A DNA stretch of 57,684 bases from Mesotaenium endlicherianum (taxonomy: Eukaryota). The notes beneath the pieces are model-generated. The model ran no database searches and had not been told where the DNA came from. It was given only the letters and a program-made list of their open reading frames with translations. Shown in pieces: positions 36,140-46,610 of the stretch (the stretch's first letter is position 1; each line of letters starts with the position of its first letter). The position numbers and the translations under genes are program-made. Where the stretch lies: positions 1 to 57,684 of the forward strand of contig WELA01002751.1 of NCBI GenBank assembly GCA_009602735.1, written 5' to 3'.

Positions 36140-37005
36140 AGGATGAGGAAGAAGAACAAGGCAGAGGAGAAGCATCAGGAGCTGGTACTCAGGGGACCGA
36201 GGGGCGGGCAGGAGCAGGTAATCCTAGGGCGCCAAGATCAGGTGTATAGAATGTGATACCTGTCATGGAGGTAATAGGACCTTGCACTTGTTCTCCCAGC
36301 CCACCTGCCGAAGCAGGACAAGAAGCTGATCTGACTGTTCTGGGCAGCAGAGAAAGGCAGAAATCCCCAGAGGACAGGGGTACCAGAAGAACAACACGCG
36401 GAGTAACCAGAGGTATGTTGGCCACCTTTTTCAGTCAGGGACATGTGCCTCTTGCCAATGTGTTTCAGCATCCTATCGGAATGCCTGTTTATGTAAGCAC
36501 CCAGGCGGTTGAAGAGCAGGTTACAATCTTTCGTTCTCCTCGAGGCCCAACTTTAGAACAAATGGGGTTCTTTAGAAGGCCAGCTGACAGGCCTAGAGGG
36601 TTGTCCAGATCCAGGTCCAGATCTTAGTCTCCCAATCCTGGAGCCCCAGGAACAACCCCCTAAACATCAAAACCATCCTCCAGTCAAGCCTTGCTGGAGG
36701 TCTCTCTGTTTGCACCCCACAACGAAAGTGGACTGAGGGTGGAGGTGACAGTTCACTGTCACTAGTGATCCCTGCAGCTAGGCAACAGTGTTGAAGTAAG
36801 AGGCAGCCGGTGGGGAAATACTTCTGTTAGGTTCTTGCCCAGATAATTCTACAGTTTAATGTTGTCGAGGCGACAAAAAATTAAGTTGGAGGAATTGTAA
36901 TGAATCAGTATAGTGGTAGATATAATATTCATTCTTATATAATAGTTAAATAAGTTCAGCTTGCTCAAACTTTAGTCAATATTTGGTATGCTGGAGTTTA
37001 TATAC
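36140..37005 (+). mobile_element. 3' end of an element with an A-type LTR but an unrelated internal ORF remnant; LTR truncated
   Basis: Low-complexity reading frame ~36141-36663 with stops; hairpin TGTCG-AGG-CGACA; PPT-like AAGTTGGAGGAA; then TGTAATGAATCAGTATA at 36896, matching the A LTR for about 110 bp. Confidence 0.65.
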
Positions 37006-37456
37006 CCTAGGGGACTCACAACAAGACCCAAGGATGCATCCTAGAAAGTTGATGGAGGTAGCAAAGGGTTCAAAGAAACAATAGGCTCTAGACCAGAACT
37101 CAGTTCTGAGTCTTCAGAGCCCGGATCAGAAAGTAATTCCGGTTCTAGCACGAATTGTTGGTAAACTAGGCCACTCCGGGTTCAATCGAGTGTGAGAAGC
37201 ATATACTAAAACAAACAACACAAACACAAACAATCAAACACAACTATAAAAATTATCCCACGGGAGAGCCTATCCTAACAGATGTCCGCGCACTGGAATA
37301 ACTTGCCAAACGTGCTCAAACTTTGATTGTAGCGAAAAGCCCCCACCTCCGTGTTGCTGCAGCTCTCCTCCTTGTGTCTCTCGCTGTAAGACCCGGATGC
37401 TTGTTGTCGTCGTGTAACGCGAGGTAATTATGTTGCAAACACACCAATCTAATATG
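37006..37456 (-). mobile_element. Probable 5' fragment of another LTR element (LTR end, leader, gag start)
   Basis: Minus strand ...GGTGGGGGCTTTTCGCTACA ends at 37328; a downstream frame reads MLLTLD*TRSGLVYQQFVLEPE, resembling the RSGxxYQ start at 28855. Confidence 0.35.
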
Positions 37457-37672
37457 GACGGTCACGCTCACCGCCAATTAAGGACAGTCGTCAACCGACC
37501 TCAAAACTAATTAAACTTTGGAAATCCGTAACTCTCTCAATACTTGACCAAATTCGATGAACTTTATATCAAAATGACCACAAAAATGCACTCTACATTA
37601 ATATACAATCAAAACATACTTTTATGAAACTCAAAAATGCACTTTATAAACCCATGACCTTACATCATCCCC

Positions 37673-40600
37673 CTCCTCAAGATGCGACGTCCTCGACGCA
37701 TTCTGCAAATAACGTCTCAACTTACTTTGGCAATGAGTCAAGTTGGCATCTGGCTCCCAAGTGTTGTCGTCCGCATGGTAGCCCTTCCACTTGACCAGGT
37801 ACTCTTGAACAAGTTGTTGACCTCGCTTGACTCGTCGATCGTCGACAATCGCCTCCACTTCATACTCCAATACATCATCGATCTCGACCGGTGGTGGCGG
37901 TGTAGAGAGTCGTCCTGGGTGTCCTTCATTCGGGTTATCGTATGGCCGCAGACAACTGACATGGAACATATCATGGATACGCCCGCCTGAAGGAAGTTCC
38001 AACTTGTAGGTCACTGGATTAACCTGCTTGAGCACCACAAAGGGACCTGTAAACCGTGCCCGCAGTTTCCTCTTGCCTGTGAAAGGTAGATTCTCTGTTG
38101 ATAAGAGTACTTTGTCACCCACATGGTATGTCACTTTTCTCCTGTGCTTGTTGGCATACTTGACCTGTTCCTCCTATGCCTTCCGAATACACGTCTTCGC
38201 CATATCCCAAGTCTTGGCCATCTGCTCCATAAAAGCTTATGTAGTAGGAACCTGAGTCTCCTTGGCCTTCTCGAACACGATGTTCCCTGGATGATATACT
38301 TCTTGCCCATAAACCATAGCGAGTGGTGACTGCTTGGTCGATCCCTGCATGTTGTTGTTGTAGGCAAACTCCAATCCTGGTAGCTTCTTGTCCCACTCTG
38401 AAGGGTCTTCCATAGTGAAACTCCTGAGCACTGTCGTGCGTTACGAGGTCGAGTGCGCACCATAGGCACAAGAAACACATCATAGGCAAGCAGGCTTTGC
38501 TGCAATACATGTGGCGTTATAGCCCAAAAGGGAATCAAGTCAAAAATGTTTCAATTAAGGGATGTGTACTCTCCAGAGTGAGCACCTCAAGACTGTAATC
38601 TGGTAGGAAAACAACTAATGAAGTATGGCCCAAAAGATCACTGGAAGCACATCATGATCTTCAGAGTAGTCCTATGGCAAGGGCTTAAGCTGTGACTTTG
38701 CTCACCACTTGTGAAGTTCTTCAAGTGACTGGAATCCTGGAGGGCTTGCTCTTCACAATAGAGTAACTAAGTGGTCCTGAAAACACAAGAGATAAAAGTG
38801 TAAGCTTTACTGATAATCTCTGTTACTTACACTTGGCATAATGGACTTCTAAAAGATGTCTCTTCTAGGGACATCTCTAGTACTTATACTCCTGGAAATC
38901 CGGCGGGGTATGCGGCGGATCCAATGCATGTAGTCACTCTAGGAGGCTCTCCTATGTCCACTAATGTGTACAAGGCATGTACTAGCACTCCTATAGGCTA
39001 AGCATAACTCAAACCAATCAAAGCAAGGTGCGTAGGATATGCTATGTGTCTCTCATTGGCCGAGCTTACCTTGGGTGATTCTACCTAGATAGCGCCTCAA
39101 AAGTGGATCTGGAAATTGAGGAAGCTTCCTCTAGGAGTAGGTGATGCAGTCACCAAGTTATAGCCTCAATGATGCACATATACTATGGAAATGCAAAGCT
39201 TATGTAGGCTAAGGGGCTCGCGGATTTGTGCGCACAAAGCTTGGGGTCACGAAGAGCCAACAATGTCACCTTTGGGGACATTGAGTCACAAATTAGGCCT
39301 TGGGAAAATTCCGCTAGGGACTGGTAGGTGACGCGGACTAGATCGCACCTATCTCGCTCGATACTTGACCAAATGACGCGAAATTGGTGTCATTCGGAAG
39401 ATGCTTCNACGCCTCGACGCGCTGCGCGTTGGTGACTTGGAAATCTAGAAAAGGTCAACATACGGATGCGTAAAGTCAACGCAAAGTCGGCCTTCCTAGG
39501 TTGATATTCCGCACATGTGGAACTTGGTTTTTATACGACATCCTCGACTCAATAAATCATGACAGCACCTCTTGCAGAGTTCTGTTGAGCCTCTCACTCT
39601 GCCCGTCTGTCTGAGGATGATAGGAAGTACTCATACTCAGCTTGGTCCCCATCAAAGTAAACAATGACCGCCAGAAGTTGCTAGTAACCTTGGATCCCGA
39701 TCTGAAACAATCACCTTCGGCAACCCGTGTAGCCTAAAAATATGATCAAAGAATAGCCGTGCCACATCTGCTGCCGTACAAGTCTCCTTCATGGGCATGA
39801 AGTGAGCCATCTTGCTGAGTCTATCAGATACAACCCAAACTGCATCGTGCCCTTGACCACTGACTGATAACAAAGTGATGAAGTCCATAGCAATCTGCTC
39901 CCAAGGATACTCTGGAATAGGCAGGGGCTGCAATGTACCTCCCTTCTTTTGGTTTGGTGTCTTGTTCCGCTGGCACGCATCACAACTCCTGATCCACTCC
40001 TCGATGTCCTTGTCCATATTTCTCCAATAGTACTCCCGCTTCAGCACGCTTGCTGTCTTCTCGCTTCCAAAGTGTCCAGCGTGTAAGCAATCATGATGCT
40101 CCGCAAGTAGTAAGTCTCGTAGCTCGTTGATGTCAGGTACCACCACTCTGTTGGAATCACCATAGTACCATATGCTGTCCTTCTTCAGCATACTCGCGTT
40201 GGACTCAGCTGCTCCACCATCAGCAAACTCTGGATCCTCCTCATAACTGTTGCAGAAATTCCATCCACCTTGCTTGTCTTGGTGTCAACGTCGGTTGTGT
40301 CATAAACTTCTCCAAGCTCTTGTGGTCGATCTTGATGAACACCTTCCGTCCGTCCACATAACATCGCCAAATCCTCAAAGCCCGAATAATAGCCAACATC
40401 TTTCGCTTGTGTGCTGCATAGTTTTGCTCAGCAGGACTCAACTTCCTGCTCTCATATGCCACAGGCTGCAACCCTTTGCCCTGGTCCTGGAGAAGAATGG
40501 CCCCCACTGCAAAGTTTGATGCGTCTGTGATGATGGTGAAAGGAAGTTTTGGAGTGGCGATTGCCAACACAGGTGCCTGTGTCAATAACTCCTTAATCCT

Positions 40601-42289
40601 CTCAAATGCTTGCTGCTCCTTGTCACCCCATAGCCACTTCTCCTGCTTCTTCAACATGTCCGTGAGCGGTGCACACACCTTGGCAAATCCTTCAATGAAA
40701 CGTCGATAATAATTCGCCATGCCGAGGAAACTCCTGAGTTGATGAATATCAACAGGTACCGGCCAATCTCTGATTGCTTGCACCTTCTTCTGCTCCACCT
40801 TGACTCCTTCAGCTCCCACTATATGTCCAAGAAACTCGACCTCCTTGAGACAGAAGTCGCACTTGCTCATCTTCTTATACAGCTTCTGATCTCTCAAGAC
40901 CTCCAACACCTTCCTCAGATGCTCCACATGCTCTTCCAAGGTCTTCGAATAGATCAGGATGTCGTCCAAAAATACCACCACAAACTGGTCCAAATAGGGT
41001 CTGAAGATACTATTCATGAGTCCCATGAATGTAGCAGGTGCATTAGTCAATCCAAAAGGCATGACTGTGAATTCGAATAAACCATAACGAGTCCTGGAAG
41101 CAGTCTTTTGAACGTCTCCTTCCGCAATTCGTACCTGGTGATAGCCACTCCTCAAATCGATCTTCGAGAAATACTTCACCCCGACAAGCCTGTCAATCAA
41201 CTCGTCCACTCGTGGAAGTGGGTACCTGTTCTTGATGGTGACCTTGTTGAGAGCCCGGTAGTCGACACACATCCTCATAGTCCCATCCTTCTTCTTCATA
41301 AATAAGACTGGCGCTGCAAATGGAGACTCGCTGGGTCGGATGAATCCCTTCTCCAACAAATCTGTCAGCTGCTTCTTCAACTCGTCCAACTCCGCCAACG
41401 ATTGAGGATAGGCGGGTCTCACTGGTGGCTTGCTCCCTGGTTCCAACTCACTCTTGTGCTCCATAGCTCTCTGTGGAGGTAATCTTGCAGGTAGCTCTTC
41501 AGGAAATACGCACTTGAACTCCTCCAACAGCGCCTTAATTTGGGCAGGCATCTCAGCAGGCTTCTTCTCTTCAGCAGTTGGGCTCTGCTCCTTCTGAGCA
41601 AGGGGATCAGACACCACTACTTGCTCCTCCGGCGATGTACATTCGCCCAGGCTGTTAGGATTCACGCTTGCTCCATCTGATGACCTGGCCAGGGCCACCG
41701 AAACAAGGTACATCTCCTTCACCTGATTCGCCCTGCATAGCTTCTTAACTTGCAGGCTCGACAGAAGACAGTTACTTGTGGTCGTATCTACCTCCACCTG
41801 TTTCGCTGTCTCCATTCGACCATCACGCCCTTGGACTTTCACTTGTCTTGTGCTCCAGTGCACTTGAGGGTTGGCTTTTCTCAGCCATGGTCGGCCCAAT
41901 ATCACCTCATGGTGATCTAACTCTGCCTGCTCCATAACTTCAGTACTCTGGTGCTCCGCTACTTCCACGTGAATAACTTCCGTAGGTGCACCACACGTGA
42001 GTCTCTGCCCATTCGCCAAAATTGCCTCCTTAGGCTCAGGGATTCGCCACTGTTTCACCAGCTTCTTGTGCACGAAATTGGCACTTGCGCCACTGTCGAC
42101 CATACACTTCGCCTTGTTGCCGTCGACCACTCCTTCCACGATGATAGGCTTGTCAACGTCTCGTCCTTTGCTTCTCGGCAGGCTCCTGGGGATAACCTCC
42201 TTGTGAGTTCTTGTCTCCACGCCAGTAGACACCCCAGAANCCACGCCAGTAGACACTCCAGAACGACTTACTGGCGTCCTTCTTTTCCC
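37673..42289 (-). pseudogene. pol: pol of B2, disrupted
   Basis: ORF pieces 40241-42481, 39652-40191, 38237-38431 and 37631-38134 are colinear with B1 pol. Confidence 0.93.
38432..39564 (-). mobile_element. Probable solo LTR (1133 bp) of a further family, inserted in the B2 integrase
   Basis: Termini TGTCGTG...CATGACA; the B1 empty site CTCCTGAGCACCTCTTG gives TSD GCAC; orientation inferred only from TATAAGTA on the minus strand at ~38885. Confidence 0.75.
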
Positions 42290-43297
42290 TGCTGTTGAGG
42301 CTTCTTCGCCTTCACATGACAGTCTCGAGCCATATGTCCAAGCTTGCCACAATAATAGCAGGGTCCTCTCGGCTTGAAATTCTGTTGCCTGCGTGGTACT
42401 GCACAAGTCCCAACTCCATAGGTACTGGACCTTGTTCACCCGTGCTTGTCGCTTGAGGTCGAAAGTGTCAATATCCTCCAAAGTTGTGGTTGCCCCACTG
42501 CCTCTGACTATACTCCATAGCGTCGACCCTTGTTGCCAATGCCATCATTTCTCCAAGACTGGTAGGGTCCTTGAGCGCCACTTCCTTGGCCACAGTTGGC
42601 TTGAGTCCGCTCTTGAACTTGTTCATCATTTTCGACTCGTGCATGGATGGACATTGAAGCACCAGCTCGTTGAAGCGCGATACATACTCTTGAAGGCTTC
42701 CTCGATGACGAAGGCGCACCAATAGATCTCGAGCGGTAGCCTCGGGTGCAATAGGTTGAAATTGCCTCTTCAAGCCTTCAAATAGCTGATCAACAGTAGC
42801 AGGAACTCCAAACAGCTGCTCCTGTCGCTCATACCAAGCTCCAGCACTCTCTGCAGTAAAGTTATGACAAAGGCGACTTGCCTGTTGGGCGTGAGCGCAG
42901 AATACTCCATAAACTTCTTCACTCCAAAAATCCATTGATCAACAGGCGGCGATCCACGCTCTCTAGTATAAGCTTCAAGCTTAGGCGCACGCACTCCTGA
43001 TGCGGGTGGAATAATTGGTTGCACCACTTGGTTAACATGAATCGATGGCACAACAGGTGCAGGTGCCAAACTCGTCGAAGCGGCGTTCCCCATAACAACT
43101 CGCACCATCCTCTCCACATCCGCGCGCATATTTTGTTGAAACTGGGTGTAGACTTCTCCTCCAATTGCATTTGCCATTTGCCTGAGCATCGCCTGCATCT
43201 CTTGCTGCTCTCTGGTCATCGTTGGTGCTGCCTGCTGCCCCGCGCGCTCAACATGCTCGACATGTTCGCCTCCTCCAGCTGCCGGTCGCGACTCCAT
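42268..43297 (-). pseudogene. gag: gag of B2, frameshifted
   Basis: Pieces 42770-43297 and 42468-42935 match B1 gag; ends PQQQGKEGRQ*. Confidence 0.9.
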
Positions 43298-44078
43298 AAT
43301 ATAATATGCAAACTAGCCCAGCTCCGATACCAGATGAAAGGGGCAGAGTGCCCTAGTGGAAGCGTAGTGACTCACGAGGAACAAAGCTAGTTGCTATCAT
43401 AGTCAAGAGTGCAGCGGCATATTGCTAAGAAAGGTTAGGAAAGTTAATTGACATTTTGAGTAGCAAGAAACTGCTCACAAATGATGTAGGATACAAGGCC
43501 TTGTCATTACAAACCCGTAGAAATTTACAGAAGTGAAAATTGATGAGAAACAAAGAAATTATGCCTATTTATAATTTTCTGCCTAAGTGCTCCTCCCTAG
43601 GAGGAAGCTACGGATTTTCGTAAGTGTTCGTCAAATCGTCCCTTCCAGAATATTCGTGAGTAAGCCAGATCAGTCTAATCTGACGTGTCGGGCCGAATTG
43701 ACGTCCACATACATGCATCGACATTACTAGAATATTCTATCTTAGTCGCGCTAGGCTAAACCGAAACTTCTAGGTAAATCGACCTAGTCGGCACTCCGCG
43801 TCAGCCAAACTTACGTGAAGGTTCAAGTTCACACTAACGGGCCAGATTGCTCGACGCTGTCGGTCAATCCGACGGTCGCGCTCACCGCGAATTAAGGACA
43901 GTCGTCAATCGACCTCAAAACTAATTAAAGTTCGGAAATCCGTAACTCTCTCAATACTTGACCAAATTCAATGAACTTTATATCAAAATGACCACAAATA
44001 CGCACTCTACATTAATATACAATCTAAAGATACTTTTATGAAACTCAAAAATACAATTTATAAATCCATGACCTTACA

Positions 44079-44864
44079 GTCTCCACTTGGTAGAGCCATA
44101 AGTTTAGGTTGGCTCCTTTCCCACGGTTGAGAGTGTCGTGTTTGCCGTGCTTGATGAGTTTCCTTGCTCTCGTAGGCTCTTATGAAGGTGCTTGAGCCGT
44201 GGCTAGATTTGGAGCGTTGCTTGCAATAGGGGCAACCATGGCAGCCATAGCTTCTCTTGACGCTTGCACGGTTGCTTCATAGGTGGCCAAGCCCACTTGG
44301 TTGTGGACGGTCATTAGGAAGGCTGCCCACTCATTTGCGGGAACTCCTTGTGGTGGGGCCCTTTTGCTATAGCGACTGCCACGGGAGTTGACGGTGCTCC
44401 TCCTTGTGGTGCTTCTTGTTGTTGCAGATTTTCTTGAGTGGGCTCTTCCATCGGCGCAGGAAGAGGGTCTCTTGGAGATGAAGTGCTTCCTTCAAAGGCT
44501 TGCTGGTGGTCTTGAGGATCAGCCATTTTCTTGTGCTACCAAAGTGCCCAGCTCCGATACTACTGTAGTGAAACAGATAAAGTACTTAGTAAAATAGTAT
44601 ACTTTATCTATTCAAGACAAGGATCTTTGAACACAAGTAGTAGCTTCTTGAAAGAGAGATGGTTTCTTGAAAATTTGGAATTTTGGCAAGTACAAGAGTG
44701 ATTCTGGAATGCCTTTCTATGTTCTAGCTCTTGTTTATTTACTTGCTACATAAGTTATTTCTAGGAAGGTGCATGTTGATGTGTTGGCACCCAACACATC
44801 CCAAAACTTGCCACCTCTTTCTAGGATAATGTCTACATGTCCTTTTGACATAAAAATGGCACAT
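44079..44864 (-). mobile_element. Family C fragment 2 (partial 5' LTR, PBS, first ~450 nt of gag); insertion target of B2
   Basis: MADPQDHQQ... at 44526; PBS 44551-44562; LTR from 44564; gag homology stops exactly at the B2 LTR end. Confidence 0.9.
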
Positions 44865-45290
44865 CATGACAAAAAGCATGTGTACGACTCCGCGAACAGT
44901 CGCGACTTCACGGAAAGCCGCGAGAACGCGGAAACGCCCGTTTGGCGCACAACGGTTTTTCGGAAATCGTCGAATAGTCTCCAAACGGCCAAACGACGCG
45001 TTTCGAGCATTCAGCCAAAATGGGTCGTAACCCTTTGCCTGTTGTCGTTGATATGAACCAGTGCCCTAGGTGGTGACCCGAAGCACTCCAGTGCCTCACA
45101 TCGTGCAAGTATAAATACCTGCAGAGTCATTGTGAGTGCAACTCTCACAAGCACAAATTCTACGTTAGATTTCATGTTTGCTTTCTCGAGGATTTGTCAA
45201 TTTGCACAAATATATAGATTTTCTTTCCACTTCATTTAAATATTCCTTGAATATCGAGGAAAGATCCTCTCAAAAAGCAGAAACGTTACA
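44865..45290 (+). mobile_element. LTR-like fragment of unknown family
   Basis: GC-rich U3-like part, TATAAATA at ~45110, ends GTTACA directly against C3 gag; left terminus and TSD not found. Confidence 0.45.
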
Positions 45291-45895
45291 GAGAGTCTCT
45301 TGGAGATGAAGCGCTACCTTCAAAAGCTTGTTGTTGATCTTGAGGATTGGCCATCATCTAATGCTACCGAAGTGCCTAGCTCCGATACCACTGTAGTGAA
45401 ACTGATAGATAGAGTACTTAGTGACATAGAATACTTATGTTATTAAAGACAAGAACCTTTGAACACAAGTGGACCGTAGTAGCTTCTTGAAAGAGAGATG
45501 GTTTCTTGAAAGTTCAAATATTTCACGTGCTTGGCAAGTACAGGATTGGTTCCGGAAGCCTCTTTATGTTATAGCTGTTGTTTATATACTTGCTACATAG
45601 GTAATTTCTAGGAAGGTGCATGCTGATGTGTTGGCACCCAACATATCCCAAAACTTGCCACTTGTTTCTAGAATAGTGTACACGTGTCCTTTTGACCTAA
45701 AAATGACATATTTGACTTTTGCCACATGGAGTTCTTCTAAGTCCTCCCAATTTTGAAAATGCCTTAAAAGGTTCAAAGGACATGAACCAAGTCATTAGAG
45801 TATCTATTTACAATTGTATCGACACGAAATTATTCTAAAAATATTCAAAAATAATAAAATATAATAATTAACATATTTCAACCTACATCACTACA
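45291..45895 (-). mobile_element. Family C fragment 3 (complete but diverged 5' LTR 45392-45895, PBS, gag start)
   Basis: TGTAGTG...CACTACA, 504 bp; PBS TGGTATCGGAGC 45379-45390; about 60 nt of gag. Confidence 0.88.
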
Positions 45896-46099
45896 AGCTG
45901 AGCCACTACTCCCCTGTTCAGTCATAAGATCTGGGACCATTAAAACCACCATGCATTGGCTGCGAGTTCATTTGGAGGGACTATCACCAAAAGAGAGAGA
46001 CCAAGTGTGTCATGGGGCAAAGAGGTTCCGCTGGAAACGTATTAACCTTTTCAAGATTGAAGAGAATGGACAAGAGAAGTTGGTGTCGAACCCACCAAG

Positions 46100-46610
46100 C
46101 AACAAACTCTAGTGCAAGAAATGCACAAAACTACTGGACACTACGATGTCAAGAAAACCTACAGTCTTATTGAGCTGTTTTTGTTGTGGAGGGGCATGAA
46201 GCACTTGTATGAGGATTTGGTTAAGGCTTGTCAAAGCAGTGACCAAGTTACGGATGGTTGTCCTCAACAAGATCCACACTTGCAGCCTTTGCCGGTCGTG
46301 GGCCTCGGCTTATTGTTGGAGCTGTGATCTAGCAGGTGAGCTACCGCTGTCAAAGCGAGATAACAAGTGCATCATGGTCATATTTGAGCATTTCTCTAAG
46401 TGGATAGAGGTCATTTTTCTTCCTACTAAGGAGAGTCTGGGAACCGCAGAAGCGCGTCTCGACATTGTGATTGTGTGTCATGGAGCTCCAGCAGGAGAGC
46501 TGACAGACCAAGGGTCTGAGGTCCAAGGCTCTTCTCAACAGCTCTTGAATAATTGCTTCATAGATCATTGCACTACTTCTGGGGACCATCCGCAAGCAGA
46601 TGTTCTAGCG
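46100..46610 (+). pseudogene. Gypsy integrase remnant (zinc finger and core), non-chromovirus type
   Basis: HKTTGHY...VKACQSSD, LQPLPV, WSCDLAGELP, EHFSKWIE, GAPAGELTDQGSE, HPQAD; frameshifted; unlike the A, B and C integrases. Confidence 0.85.

Larger units (their letters stand above)
37457..44078 (-). mobile_element. Family B copy 2; inactivated, 3' LTR truncated
   Basis: 5' LTR 43335-44078; PBS 43321-43332; PPT 37665-37678; 3' LTR remnant 37457-37664; closely similar to B1; a 128-bp deletion at ~40245 with GTT microhomology; carries a nested insertion at 38432-39564. Confidence 0.95.

Noticed and set aside
42217..42263. Tandem duplication of ~23 bp in B2
   Set aside because: The copies are joined by an N; most likely an unmerged contig overlap.
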